A stretch of 64,000 nucleotides of DNA from Armatimonadota bacterium (GTDB taxonomy: Bacteria; Armatimonadota; HRBIN16). The translations under genes and the position numbers were made by a program. This document shows, piece after piece, positions 8,848-19,605 of this stretch. Where the stretch lies: positions 3,648,001 through 3,712,000 of the forward strand of contig OY781964.1 of assembly GCA_963677485.1 (NCBI GenBank). The letters are read 5' to 3'. The notes under the pieces were generated by a model. That model ran no database searches, was not told where the DNA came from, and saw nothing but the letters and a program-made list of their open reading frames with translations. How positions within the stretch are numbered: the stretch's first letter is position 1; each line of letters begins with the position of its first letter.

Positions 8848-10896
8848 TTGCTGCGTATAACCTCACTCTTCACTGGAATTGCGATAATTGCCCCAATGAT
8901 CTCTTGTGGGCATGTGATCGCTTCACCGAAATCAGATATTTCCAATATCGCTCCATCTATCGCTAAAGCGATTGGAGCGGTTCGTCCGGCGTTAGTGCGT
9001 ATTGTAGTGGTCTCCAGGGAACCTTCTCAGGGCAGAGAGGTAAAGTCGATGGCATCGGGCAGCGGCGCGATAATCTCTGCCGATGGCTATGTTGTGACCA
9101 ATCACCATGTAGTCGAAGGTGCGACATACATCACTTGCACGCTGACAGACCGGACCGAAGTCGAAGCGAAATTGATAGGTACTGACCCTTTAGCTGATAT
9201 CGCCGTCGTTAAACTCAAGGCGCGGAAGGCTCCATATCCATTTGCCACTTGGGGCAACAGCGATAAAGTCAAAGTGGGAGATCAAGTCTATGCCATGGGT
9301 TCGCCTCTGGCCATCAGCCAGTCTGTCACGCGAGGTATCATCAGCAACTCCGAGATGATATTGCCCAAATTGATGGGCGATAGCCTGACTTTGTCTGGTG
9401 AGGATGTCGGTAGCTATGTGCGTTGGCTGGGGCACGATGCCTTGATTCTTCCCGGCAACAGCGGAGGACCGTTGGTTGATAATAACGGCACCATTATTGG
9501 CATCAACGAGATCAGCATAGGACTGAAGGGAGCGATCCCCAGTAACATCGCCCGGATGGTAGCCGCACAGCTGATTAAGGATGGACGGGTCAGCCGAGGC
9601 AGCATCGGTATCACATTTCAACCGCTTCTGCGTGATTCAGGGATTATGCAGGGAGCCCTCGTGAGTGCTGTGAGGGCTGACAGTCCTGCAGCCAAAGCCG
9701 GTATTTTACCCGGTGATGTCGTGACGCAGATCTCCGGCCAGAAGGTGACGGCACAGTTCGATGAGGACATCCCCATCATCAACCAACACGTGGCGGCCCT
9801 AAAACCTGGCAGTGTGGTGCCGGTTGATATTCTCAGAGCTGGCAAAAACCAGCAGCTAAAGGTGAACGTGATCCAGCGTCCCAGTGCTGATCCCGGCTTT
9901 AGGGCACTCAGCCTTTTGGGTGTGACGGTACAGGATATCACTGCATCCGTGATGAAAGACTACGACCTGAAATCCAAAAACGGCGTGGTCATCACCGGTG
10001 TCTTACCCAGCGGAGCGGCAGGAAGTGCTCGGCCGGCCCTGCGTCAAGGTGATGTGATCACAAGCCTGGATGGAAAGCCCGTGACCAGTGTTGCCGTTTT
10101 GGAGACGCTCTCTGCAGAGATCGTCAAGGCCAAAGGTGTTGGCGTCGCCAGCCTGGTGGAATACACAAATGACGAGAAACGGCAGATTACGGTAGTCAAA
10201 CTCGGCGAAGAGAATAACACATCTGTGGGCGAGGAGACACCGAAAGCATGGCTTGGTGTGGAGACACAGGTGCTGACTCGCCAACTGGCCGATGCACTAA
10301 AGCTGTCGGGCAAGAGCGGTGTGCGTGTGACCCGTGTCTACAAAGGCACGACCGCGGAGACGGCTGGCCTGAAAGTGGGCGATGTGCTCATGAAAATGGA
10401 TGGTCGGACGGTCAATGCACGCCAGGTGGGAGATGAGAATATCTTCCCGAGCATGGTAAGGCAGATGGATATCGACTCCGATACTAGTATCGAGTTAGTG
10501 CGGGGTGAGGAGACCAAGACAGTCAGCGTGAAGTTGCAGTTGGCACCAAAGTCCTCAAACGAATACCCCACTCTGCGTGATGATATTCTGGAGATTGTGG
10601 TGCGCGACATCACGGGTATGGAGCGCATTGAGTCTGAAAACAAACAGGGCGAAGGCGTGAGAGTGATTTCCGTGACCCAGGGCGGATGGGCCAGCCTGGC
10701 TGGGTTACAAGCGGATGACATCATATCCAAAGTGGATGGTCAGCCGGTGAAAAACCTGAAGAGCTTTGAGGCGACGATGCAGCAACTGAAGTCAAAGAAA
10801 CCGGCATCAGTCGTGCTGTTTGTAGTCAGAGAGTCAGAAACGCTGTATGTTGAGTTGCGCCCAACCTGGCCAGTGGCCGTATCGGGGGGTAAGTAA
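8848..10896 (+). CDS. DegP/HtrA-like serine protease with about 4 PDZ domains
   Basis: Signal peptide; catalytic triad motifs TNHHVV, DIAVVK and GNSGGP; repeated PDZ GD(V/I)I motifs; AGGAGG RBS. Confidence 0.9.
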   Translation: MLRITSLFTGIAIIAPMISCGHVIASPKSDISNIAPSIAKAIGAVRPALVRIVVVSREPSQGREVKSMASGSGAIISADGYVVTNHHVVEGATYITCTLTDRTEVEAKLIGTDPLADIAVVKLKARKAPYPFATWGNSDKVKVGDQVYAMGSPLAISQSVTRGIISNSEMILPKLMGDSLTLSGEDVGSYVRWLGHDALILPGNSGGPLVDNNGTIIGINEISIGLKGAIPSNIARMVAAQLIKDGRVSRGSIGITFQPLLRDSGIMQGALVSAVRADSPAAKAGILPGDVVTQISGQKVTAQFDEDIPIINQHVAALKPGSVVPVDILRAGKNQQLKVNVIQRPSADPGFRALSLLGVTVQDITASVMKDYDLKSKNGVVITGVLPSGAAGSARPALRQGDVITSLDGKPVTSVAVLETLSAEIVKAKGVGVASLVEYTNDEKRQITVVKLGEENNTSVGEETPKAWLGVETQVLTRQLADALKLSGKSGVRVTRVYKGTTAETAGLKVGDVLMKMDGRTVNARQVGDENIFPSMVRQMDIDSDTSIELVRGEETKTVSVKLQLAPKSSNEYPTLRDDILEIVVRDITGMERIESENKQGEGVRVISVTQGGWASLAGLQADDIISKVDGQPVKNLKSFEATMQQLKSKKPASVVLFVVRESETLYVELRPTWPVAVSGGK

Positions 10897-11660
10897 TGGG
10901 CAATAAGTGGTTACTATCGGCAGTGACGGTGTTGTGTTTCGGTGCTATTGGCTTGGCGCAAGCTCAGGAACTCACCGTGGCGCAATCGACCAGGCAATTG
11001 GTGGGCTCAAAGAGTGCTGCGATTGTTCGGATAGAGTCCGTGCTTGAATACTCCTATGAAGAAGATCAGAGCACCACACAACAAGAGAACAACGAAGGGG
11101 CCGCTACGATCGTCGACTCTACTGGTCTGGCACTGGTGAATTACGAACTGATTGCGTACAACCGTATTGATGACGACATGGGGCCAAAAAGTGTCAAACT
11201 GGTATCCGCTTCACTGAAGTTTCCCGACGGCACTGAGGTTCCTGTAGAGGTGGTAGCCAAAGACGCTGAACTTGGGTTGGCGCTTGTGCGGCCCAAAACA
11301 CCGCTCGCTAAGCCGTCAGCCACGATCACACTTGATACGAGCATTCCTGTGGCAGTCGGTGATGTGTTACTCACGGTGAGCCGAATGGACGCCTCCGTGA
11401 AATATGCCGTTAATGTACTGCGTATGACCGTGTGCAGCGTGTTTGAAAATCCTCGACCGCAATGTGTGTTCGACGAGGGTTCGGACGATGCTTTGCCTGT
11501 ATTTACCCAAAAAGGCGAGTGCGTGGGCATGACCACAGGGATCGCCACAAGCGGTTCGGTGAATCCAAACATGATGAACGGGATGCATGCGGCTTCTGAG
11601 ATCGTGAAGTTCTTGAACAAAGCCAAATCGGCCTCGGTGAAGATTGGAGATACCTTATGA
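10896..11660 (+). CDS. Secreted trypsin-fold protein lacking the catalytic triad
   Basis: Signal peptide; GAATIVDSTG, DGTEVPVEVVAKD..LGLALV, PVF..KGECVG scaffold; no His/Asp/Ser motifs; overlaps the DegP stop. Confidence 0.7.
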   Translation: MGNKWLLSAVTVLCFGAIGLAQAQELTVAQSTRQLVGSKSAAIVRIESVLEYSYEEDQSTTQQENNEGAATIVDSTGLALVNYELIAYNRIDDDMGPKSVKLVSASLKFPDGTEVPVEVVAKDAELGLALVRPKTPLAKPSATITLDTSIPVAVGDVLLTVSRMDASVKYAVNVLRMTVCSVFENPRPQCVFDEGSDDALPVFTQKGECVGMTTGIATSGSVNPNMMNGMHAASEIVKFLNKAKSASVKIGDTL

Positions 11661-12430
11661 AACGACTACTCGCAGTGATGACGATCCTATCTGTGGCTAC
11701 CAGCCAGCTTATGGCCACCCCCGCGGAGCGCAAAGCCATCATTAGTAACTACGCAAATTCGGTTGTCTACATCGAAGTCACCATGGAAGCGTCAATTGCC
11801 ATCGAAGGCAGCAGCGACAAGAGTGAACAGGTTGAAGACGCCACGGGTATCGTTGTGGATAAGTCTGGGTTAATCATGGTTCCTTTGGTCATCATCAGCC
11901 CTAATGATGCACTGAAGCAGGTCATGGATGGGATGGGGGATGGCAGCGCGGAATCCAAGAAGGCCATGGACTCCTACCGCATCGAGATTAAGAAGATTGT
12001 GGTGAAGCTGCCTGATGGCACCGAGCTGCCCGCCACTGTCGTGTTGAAAGACACTCAGAGTGAGCTTGCCTTCATCAAGACCAGTTCGGCTCTTCCTGCT
12101 GATATCAAGGCGATGGTGGTCCCCGCAAGCGTATCTGTCGACCTGGGAGACGACCTTCTGTGCGTGAGCCGTCTCGGCAGTGTCAGTAAGTATGCTCCTC
12201 GTGTAAGCGGGATGTACATCGCCGCGAAACTGACGGAGCCCAAACTGCGGTACGTGCTGGAGAGCAACTTCAACATCGCCGGGATTCCCGCCTTTACAAC
12301 GGACGGGCAGTGGGCCGGTGTGGTGCTGCCAAAACTAGGCAGCAGGTTTGATAAAGGCTACATGCAGCTAATACCGATTAGCGAGGTCGTACCGCTGCTT
12401 AAAAAGGCTCAAGCCGCTCCTGCCAAGTAG
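11657..12430 (+). CDS. Secreted trypsin-fold protein lacking the catalytic triad (paralog)
   Basis: Signal peptide; ATGIVVDKSG, DGTELPATVVLKD..SELAFI, PAFTTDGQWAG; ATGA overlap with the previous gene. Confidence 0.7.
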   Translation: MKRLLAVMTILSVATSQLMATPAERKAIISNYANSVVYIEVTMEASIAIEGSSDKSEQVEDATGIVVDKSGLIMVPLVIISPNDALKQVMDGMGDGSAESKKAMDSYRIEIKKIVVKLPDGTELPATVVLKDTQSELAFIKTSSALPADIKAMVVPASVSVDLGDDLLCVSRLGSVSKYAPRVSGMYIAAKLTEPKLRYVLESNFNIAGIPAFTTDGQWAGVVLPKLGSRFDKGYMQLIPISEVVPLLKKAQAAPAK

Positions 12431-12457
12431 CTTGCCCGATTAATCGCGAATGACCTT

Positions 12458-12499
12458 AAGGCCTCCTTCCTCCTCTAACGGGCTGGAAGGAGGCCTTTT
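12458..12499 (+). terminator. Intrinsic terminator
   Basis: aaggcctccttcc...ggaaggaggcctt followed by a T run. Confidence 0.75.
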
Positions 12500-12688
12500 C
12501 GTCATTCCCATACCGCCTGATCACCGCATGATGATTTACGCACACCGACTTCCCCCGAGTAGCACCCGAAGTACCCTGGTATGTACACCTGCATGGGAAT
12601 CACTTATGCCGATGTATATAGATAACCGTAGCTTGTTTCAGTTATACTTCATAAGATACGCCATCCTATTACAGGGGTCATTAGTCTC

Positions 12689-15600
12689 ATGAGGTATATT
12701 ATGCTCTGTCTACTGGCATCATTAGCAACCGGCAGTATGGCCGCAACAGCGGCTTCCGCTCCGCATCCGCAGCTTCGCTACCATCCCGAGGGCGAGGCGA
12801 TCGTGACCACGAATGGTGGTGGTGACTATAACCGGCCGCTATACTGCAACAAGGCCTGGCCGGTCGTGTATGCGGGCGATCGTCCGCGGCTGGTCGGCCT
12901 GGACTGGAATGGCGTATTTGGCCATCTAGACATCGCCTTGGTGCGACAGGGGATTTCTGTCTGGCTGTATGATTTTGATACCATCACCTCGCGCTATCTG
13001 CCAGGTAGAATGCAGTGGCAGCTCTCTGACAGCCGATTCAAAGGCCTGGAGATCAAGCTAGAGGCGACTACGCTGGCCAGCGGGGTCGGGTTCACCGTGC
13101 AGCTTAGCAGCAAAGGTGCTCAGCCACAGGACAAACTGTTATGGCACTATGGCGGCTATCTCATCGGCTGGGGTCTGGATGGACAAACACAGATCAAAGC
13201 ATCCACTGACGATGCGACCACACCCTACATTACGACTCACAATAAGAGCGGCTTTGACGTGCACTTAGTCGATCCTGGCAAATACACCGACAACCCACCA
13301 CCACTGCGCATCGTCGGCCAGTTCAGTGAGCTGGCTGAGGCCAGACTTGTGAGCTCCTCTCGTCCTGCTGATCCGGGTCAGATGCTAGCGGCAGAGCCAC
13401 AACCCAATGACAAAGGCGTGTGTGTGGTGACCAGGATGGCTGATGCGAAGACCATCAGTTTGGCCGTGTACGTAGACAGCATCACTGACAGGCCATACTC
13501 GATATACAACACCTGGCAGGGATCGAAGCATCTGACACCAGAGAAGCTCGATCCGTCAGTGCGGAAGTTTGACGAGAAGATCGGTCAGTCTCCATCCAAG
13601 ACGTTTACCGATGCCTGGAAGCACGCCACGCAAATTGGTCGCGCGGTGGCGGTGCAGAGCCCAGACCCGTATCTAGATGCCCAAGCAAGTGCTGCCTGTT
13701 CTGCCGTGTATGGGCTGTATGTGTCGCCGGTGTTCACACACGGCGGATCGCAATGGCGTTGCCAGATGCCTGGTTGGCGGATGCTGGACGGTGCCACGGC
13801 TTACGGCTGGCACCAGTTGGTGAAAGATGAAGCCAAATATTACATCGACACTATCATCAAGGCCTCACCCTTCACCACGCCTAAGGCAAATGCGGCAGGC
13901 ACGGAGGAGGCGTCCGATTCGCGCTACTACGGCAAAGGGCGAATAGGCATCGATCAGGGCAACTATAACTTCCAGGTTCAGTTCTTTGAAGAGCTCATAC
14001 GGTCATGGCGGCATACCGGCGATAAGCAGCTAGAGGCAATGCTGCTGCCCGCGCTGGAGCTGCATTTGGAACGGGCCAAAGAGTGCTTTGACCCCGATGA
14101 CGACGGTCTGTATGAAAGCTACATAAACACCTGGCCAACCGATTCGTTTGGATATAACGGTGGGGGATCAGTTGAAGAGAGCGCCTACTGCTACTATATG
14201 CATACCGCTGCTGCCGAGATGTGCCTTCACAAGAAGGACCAGGTAGGAGCTGCCCGGCATACCGCACAGGCCAAGAAGATATATAAGGCACTGCATGACA
14301 TCCTGTGGCTGAAGCGTAAGGGCTATTTCGCCTCGTATATCGAACAAGGTGGGCACCAGCGTGTCCACGACGATGCCTGGCTATACAGCGAGTTCCTGCC
14401 CATCGACTTGGGCATGACCACCCCTGCCGAATCGATCCGCACGCTGCACTATACCGAGTGGGGATTAGAGCGCATTGGGTTGCCATACGGCGGTGAACTC
14501 TGCGAGACCTCAAACTGGGTGCCATCAATATGGAGTGTGAGAGAACTGTATGGTGGCGACATCTACCATCTGGCGCTCTGCTATTTCCGTATGGGGCAGA
14601 GTGACGCCGGATGGAAGCTGTTGAAAGGTGCCCTCACGGAGAGCGGATTTGGTGACGTGAAGCCAAAGGCTGCATATGACGGTCGGACAAACATGCTCTC
14701 GCCAGGGGGTTTGAGCCATCCATCTGGTAGTATTGACTTTAGCGATGTGTCCAGTATGTTCTGCCGATCGATGGTTGAAGGCATGTTTGGGTATCACCCC
14801 GACTACCCAAATGGACTGGTGCATGTCCAGCCGTCGTTGCCAACCGGATGGGATAAGGCCAGTATCCATACGCCAGATTATCAACTGAGCTTCCACCGCA
14901 CGGGGATGGTGGATAGCTACCATATTGGAGTTCGTACAGCAGCGGAATTAGTGTTGAGGTTGCCTGTGTATGGCAAGCGGCTGCTGAGCGTGACCGTGAA
15001 CGGAACAGTGGCTGAGGCCGACCTGCAGCCGTGGTACGGATATGGCATGGCGATGATCCGTGTTCCGAAGTGTGCGAAGGTGGATGTCCAACTGACGGTG
15101 AGCCAGCGTCAGCTTCCTCAAGCGGAGGAGAAGCTGGAGTTCGTGGTGGGTCAGAAGCTCGCGCTGCGGGCTGACGGCCCCATCCAAAAGGTCGATGACG
15201 CCCAAGGCTGCCTGTTATCACACACGGTTCGAAACAACAGCGTCTACGCAGAGTGTTCCCAGATAGCGGGGCACTACGCAGTGATGGCGCTTATCAAAAC
15301 AAAAGTTCCATACTGGAAAATCTGGAAGATAGAGATCAAGAATCCTGAGGAGTTGCGGCTGGCGGCGCTTAAGAATCTGCGGAGTGTTGAATCGGGTGCC
15401 ACCTGGAAGGGTGTCGACATTGCACCTGTGGCCAACGGTGACATCCGCACGATTTACAAGCAGGATTACGCATCGCCTCGTCCGGCTACCTGCAGTGTGC
15501 GACTGGCTCGCGATGGGTATCAGGCCTGGACGATGGCCATATGGGGCATGGTTCCGCCATACATTGGTCTGGAAAACGCGTCGACTGTGCCATCAGCCCC

Positions 15601-16690
15601 GCCCAGCAGCTGGGTGGCTAAAGACCCCAATGCGTTTGGGTATCGTGATGAGCTGACCATCGATGCCTGGCTGATGCCAGAGACGATGCCGGATATGGGC
15701 GGGCGTATTGTCGACCGTGCGATACCTGGCACATACGATGGCTTCCTGCTCGACAGCTACCCAGGCAACAGCCTACGACTGTTAACCTCCAACGGCATGT
15801 TGAGTGCCCCGAATGTGTTGACACCCGGAGTGCCGGTGCGTGTGACGGCGGTATACAGTGCCAGTAAACGTGTTGCGAAGCTCTACAAGAACGGTAAACT
15901 CATTGCCAGCAGAGACGATGGGTCTTTCCCAGCCCTTTCCGTGGCCAAACAGGCGTTGTATCTTGGATCTGATGCCTCAGGTGGTAACCGCTTCAAGGGT
16001 GATATCCAGAGGGTGGTGCTTTACCCCCGGGCGTTGAGTGATGCCGAAGTGGCGGCAGATGACGGCACCTGGAAGCCTGCGCTGCAAGCAGATGCCGAAT
16101 GGCTTCTGCAGAACAAGGCCGATGCCGAACTGAGGCCTGTGGTGGGCACTCAGGCCATGCTAAGGCGTGGTGAACAGGTCACCGGTGAGCTGGGCAGTCT
16201 GCTGCATGGCGGCCAGCTTGTCACACCGCAGGGGGTTCCGTTCATCGCACCATCACCAGACCACAACACGGCTTTTGTATCACTATGGGATAACTGGCCT
16301 GACCAACTAGGTTTACCGGTGGGCCAAAGTGCCGATGCGGTGTGGCTGCTGATCGCTGGTTCCACACAGCCGCTGCAGGGGCGTATTGCCAACTCAGTGG
16401 TTCATTTCCTCTATGCCGATGGGGTTGAGGAGCGGCTTGAGCTGGTTCCACCGCTCAACTTCCGCAACATCTGCCGATGGGGCGGATCGGACTACAACCA
16501 GGAGCGCGATGGGTATGCTCTGGGTGATAACCCTCCATTGATGGTGAACCTGGGCACCAATTGCCGTGCGATGCTTTATGGCTGGCGTCTGCGCAAGGGC
16601 GTGAAGCTGCAGCAGGTCAGGCTGGAGGCATTGTCTCAGGAGGTCGTGGTCGGGCTGATGGGCGTAAGTCTGATGAACCCCGGGGAGTAA
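12689..16690 (+). CDS. DUF4450-like secreted glycoside hydrolase ((alpha/alpha)6 barrel) with inserted LamG domain
   Basis: LRYHPEG, YNRPLY, GDRP, FDPDDDGLYESY, TPQGVPF, SLWDNWP motifs as recalled for DUF4450 proteins; LamG-like TIDAW...KLYKNG...FKGDIQRVVLYPRALS. Confidence 0.7.
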   Translation: MRYIMLCLLASLATGSMAATAASAPHPQLRYHPEGEAIVTTNGGGDYNRPLYCNKAWPVVYAGDRPRLVGLDWNGVFGHLDIALVRQGISVWLYDFDTITSRYLPGRMQWQLSDSRFKGLEIKLEATTLASGVGFTVQLSSKGAQPQDKLLWHYGGYLIGWGLDGQTQIKASTDDATTPYITTHNKSGFDVHLVDPGKYTDNPPPLRIVGQFSELAEARLVSSSRPADPGQMLAAEPQPNDKGVCVVTRMADAKTISLAVYVDSITDRPYSIYNTWQGSKHLTPEKLDPSVRKFDEKIGQSPSKTFTDAWKHATQIGRAVAVQSPDPYLDAQASAACSAVYGLYVSPVFTHGGSQWRCQMPGWRMLDGATAYGWHQLVKDEAKYYIDTIIKASPFTTPKANAAGTEEASDSRYYGKGRIGIDQGNYNFQVQFFEELIRSWRHTGDKQLEAMLLPALELHLERAKECFDPDDDGLYESYINTWPTDSFGYNGGGSVEESAYCYYMHTAAAEMCLHKKDQVGAARHTAQAKKIYKALHDILWLKRKGYFASYIEQGGHQRVHDDAWLYSEFLPIDLGMTTPAESIRTLHYTEWGLERIGLPYGGELCETSNWVPSIWSVRELYGGDIYHLALCYFRMGQSDAGWKLLKGALTESGFGDVKPKAAYDGRTNMLSPGGLSHPSGSIDFSDVSSMFCRSMVEGMFGYHPDYPNGLVHVQPSLPTGWDKASIHTPDYQLSFHRTGMVDSYHIGVRTAAELVLRLPVYGKRLLSVTVNGTVAEADLQPWYGYGMAMIRVPKCAKVDVQLTVSQRQLPQAEEKLEFVVGQKLALRADGPIQKVDDAQGCLLSHTVRNNSVYAECSQIAGHYAVMALIKTKVPYWKIWKIEIKNPEELRLAALKNLRSVESGATWKGVDIAPVANGDIRTIYKQDYASPRPATCSVRLARDGYQAWTMAIWGMVPPYIGLENASTVPSAPPSSWVAKDPNAFGYRDELTIDAWLMPETMPDMGGRIVDRAIPGTYDGFLLDSYPGNSLRLLTSNGMLSAPNVLTPGVPVRVTAVYSASKRVAKLYKNGKLIASRDDGSFPALSVAKQALYLGSDASGGNRFKGDIQRVVLYPRALSDAEVAADDGTWKPALQADAEWLLQNKADAELRPVVGTQAMLRRGEQVTGELGSLLHGGQLVTPQGVPFIAPSPDHNTAFVSLWDNWPDQLGLPVGQSADAVWLLIAGSTQPLQGRIANSVVHFLYADGVEERLELVPPLNFRNICRWGGSDYNQERDGYALGDNPPLMVNLGTNCRAMLYGWRLRKGVKLQQVRLEALSQEVVVGLMGVSLMNPGE

Positions 16691-16722
16691 CTAGGGGTTC
16701 TGACTGTCTTGTCGCATGGATG

Positions 16723-16750
16723 GTAGGGGTAACCCCCTGTGGTTACCCCT
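16723..16750 (+). repeat. GTAG-type REP palindrome
   Basis: gtaggggtaaccccctgtggttacccct between convergent genes. Confidence 0.7.
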
Positions 16751-16792
16751 GCTATTCGGCGGCCGCTTGTTATCTCTGTGTTTCGACAGCCT

Positions 16793-17737
16793 CTACAGTT
16801 CCAAGCGCCCGAAATTGCGCAGGTAGAGCATGTTGTTCACAGCTTGTGAGCCTCGCCACCAGTTACGGCTGATGGCCCACTCTGCAGGGTAGTCAGCCCA
16901 CTGCCAATTGATGTCCCACACACCCTCTTTGGGGAGTGTCATCTCGATAAATTCGCACTCATACTTCGCCAGCTCTGCGATACATGGGTAATACGGGCTG
17001 TCAGGTGTATTCGCGAACCGTGATGGTCGGCAAACATAGTCACTTATCCATGCTTTTGTGTTGGTGCTGACTTGATTGCTTACCAATGCCGTGATTTGCC
17101 CCCTGAAGGCTTCCATAAGGACGATACCTTCGACACCGGCTGTCTCGATGTCATCCAGCAACCGTAGGTAACATGCGGATGTGTGGTCATCGTTCATCGA
17201 CTCATCAGCTAACAGTTTGTTGACCGCGGCCTTGGCAATCTCTTCGCACTTCGTCCAGACATTTGATCCTCTGCGAGCATACCGCAAGCCGAAACCGGCA
17301 AGTGCAGCTGTGGGGTTGTAGTCCACCGCTTTAGGTTCTCTTGCAGGTTCAGAAGAAGCCGAATAACCCCACCACGGAGCATGAGGGTAGTCGTTGTTAG
17401 TGGGCACGGAACCAGACCAGATGCGTCCATCGAAATCAACCCCACTCTCCATCCATCTGAGGATGCCCTGTATGATCGGATGGTCTGCCGGAATATCACG
17501 CAGTTCATGGATCACTTCAGTGGCTGACCATGTCTGGATTGGGGAGGAGTGCGGATTCCAGCAATCTGGCTCAAGGGCGTGCCCGAAGCCTCCATCTGGG
17601 TTTTGGTAGGCCGATAGCGCACTCAGCACATCGTCAGTAGCGCCATCTTCTAAATTATACCGCCAGCGGGCTAGATCAAGCGGTCGGGCGTTGCGATACA
17701 TCCAACACCTGACTTGGTGAAAATCCTGTGAGTTCAT
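16793..17737 (-). CDS. Conserved hypothetical protein with a prenyltransferase/squalene cyclase-like repeat
   Basis: NARPLDLARW, YQNPDGGFGHALEPD, PHAPWW. Confidence 0.7.
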   Translation of the reverse strand: MNSQDFHQVRCWMYRNARPLDLARWRYNLEDGATDDVLSALSAYQNPDGGFGHALEPDCWNPHSSPIQTWSATEVIHELRDIPADHPIIQGILRWMESGVDFDGRIWSGSVPTNNDYPHAPWWGYSASSEPAREPKAVDYNPTAALAGFGLRYARRGSNVWTKCEEIAKAAVNKLLADESMNDDHTSACYLRLLDDIETAGVEGIVLMEAFRGQITALVSNQVSTNTKAWISDYVCRPSRFANTPDSPYYPCIAELAKYECEFIEMTLPKEGVWDINWQWADYPAEWAISRNWWRGSQAVNNMLYLRNFGRLEL

Positions 17738-18200
17738 GGTGTAATCATCTCGTGTGCAGGCTGACACCAATCGACGCGTGTTAGCCGTATTTATACTAGA
17801 TGTAATATAACATAAAAATATATGCTATTAGTACTGGTATCTATACGTCTTGTATGGCGCAGTGTGCGATGCAGTTTCAGTAGGCGATCCAACCACAAGC
17901 CCAGAAAACAGTAAAGAAGTGCCTCGATGGGTGGTTGCTGTCAGTGACCCACAGAAGCACTTCTTGTATGGATCTATGCGGCTCATCAGATTGATCCGCA
18001 ATAAGGGACGAATTAAGATTACCTCATATTGCAGATAAAATGCCATGATCACAGATGATATTTTCGGTATTTTGCGGATTTGTGTGCGAAATATCTGTCA
18101 TTTACTAGTAATATTGCTATGACGCGGTTGATAACGACTTATTCCCGATCTGTGACTCATTACGAAACAATGGCGTTTCCTTGTGACGAAATGCGAAGAC

Positions 18201-18229
18201 GTGACAGTATCCTGTTCGTGTGGTACAAT
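18201..18229 (+). promoter_or_regulatory. Sigma70 promoter of tRNA-Pro
   Basis: GTGACA-17 bp-TACAAT with an extended -10 TG. Confidence 0.65.
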
Positions 18230-18241
18230 GGTGAAGGCAAT

Positions 18242-18318
18242 CGGGGTGTGGCGCAGTTTGGTAGCGCGCACGGTTCGGGACCGTGAGGTCGCCGGTTCGA
18301 GTCCGGCCACCCCGACCA
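18242..18318 (+). tRNA. tRNA-Pro (CGG)
   Basis: Cloverleaf with anticodon arm cacgg-ttCGGga-ccgtg, GGTTCGA T-loop and encoded CCA. Confidence 0.97.
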
Positions 18319-18474
18319 CTTTTCTGTCTCCCGACTTATCGCCCTATAAGACATATATGATGAGTAGGACGAGTAAGGTAATCGGCACGCCCTCCCATTC
18401 TCCTAATCTTCTGTCTCCCCTCAAAGGCATATTGGCGTTATAATAGCTGTATGGTCAACGAGCAGGGGGATCCT

Positions 18475-19437
18475 ATGCAGATAGCACTACTGGCACCTCA
18501 ACACAAGTTTCTTTCTGTGTTTCACAGTTCGCATATCGCAAGGTTGCAACAGCTTGGTACGTATGTTGACGCTGTTTTTATTATGAGCGCAGATGATGTA
18601 CTGCCTAAGCTTGCCGGTGTGCAAGCGGTGGTGAGCACGTGGGGCATGCCCTGCCTCGATGAGAAGATGCTAGCGGCGATGCCGAGGCTTGAGGCGGTTT
18701 TCTATGCTGCAGGTTCCGTGAAGGGCTTTTACACAGCGGAAGCGGCCAGTCGCGGCGTCGTGGTGAGCAGTGCCGCACCTGTGAATGCTATTCCAGTCGC
18801 CAACTACACTCTGGGTGCGATCTTGCTCAGTCAGAAGCGATTTTTTCAGCAAGTTGGCAAGCCATACAGCGTGGCAGTACCTGGCTTGTATCACCCTGTG
18901 GTGGGCATTATAGGGGCGAGTCTGGTTGGGCGTGCGCTTATTGAACTCTTACGGCCGTTTGAGTGCCGTATTCTTCTTTACGACCCTACGATTAGTGAAG
19001 CAGATGCCTCAACGATGCAGGTAGAGCTTGTGGATCTTCCGCGGTTGATGTCACTAAGCGACATCGTCTCGCTACATGCACCGAATCTACCCCAACTTAA
19101 GCATATGATCAATGAACCTCTTCTTGCGCTGATGCGTGACGGCAGCACATTCATCAACACCGCTCGTGGTGCTCTTGTCGATGAGGCTGCTTTGATCAAA
19201 CACCTCGCGTTGGGGCGTATCTATGCGGTGCTGGACGTGAGCGATCCGGAACCGCCTCCATCTGGTCACGCCTTCTACGCGCTGCCCAATGTGACCTACA
19301 CGCCCCATATCGCCGGATCAATGGGCGATGAGTGCTATGCCATGGCGGACTTCGCGCTGGACGAGTTGCAGCGATATATCAACGGCAGCAGGTTGAGGAA
19401 CAAGGTGGATTATGACACATTATCGCGGCTGGCCTGA
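18475..19437 (+). CDS. D-isomer-specific 2-hydroxyacid dehydrogenase
   Basis: YAAGSVK, GIIGASLVG, FINTARG, LDVSDPEP, TPHIAG. Alternative start 18451. Confidence 0.88.
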   Translation: MQIALLAPQHKFLSVFHSSHIARLQQLGTYVDAVFIMSADDVLPKLAGVQAVVSTWGMPCLDEKMLAAMPRLEAVFYAAGSVKGFYTAEAASRGVVVSSAAPVNAIPVANYTLGAILLSQKRFFQQVGKPYSVAVPGLYHPVVGIIGASLVGRALIELLRPFECRILLYDPTISEADASTMQVELVDLPRLMSLSDIVSLHAPNLPQLKHMINEPLLALMRDGSTFINTARGALVDEAALIKHLALGRIYAVLDVSDPEPPPSGHAFYALPNVTYTPHIAGSMGDECYAMADFALDELQRYINGSRLRNKVDYDTLSRLA

Positions 19438-19605
19438 TGATGGTGCTGCTAATTTCGTATGCGTGCGCGAGTGCGGTGTCAGAAATGGGTTCATTTCATA
19501 CCCGTAAAACAATCGTATCAGGTCAACGATGATGCGGTCTGACCCTTGATTCCGTCGGGTACAATTGATGTACATGAGGTCGAATGACAGAGTGAAGAAG
19601 TTATC

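Noticed and set aside
17780-18200. Small ORFs or ncRNA upstream of tRNA-Pro
   Set aside because: Only short ORFs without RBS or motifs, and no convincing structure.
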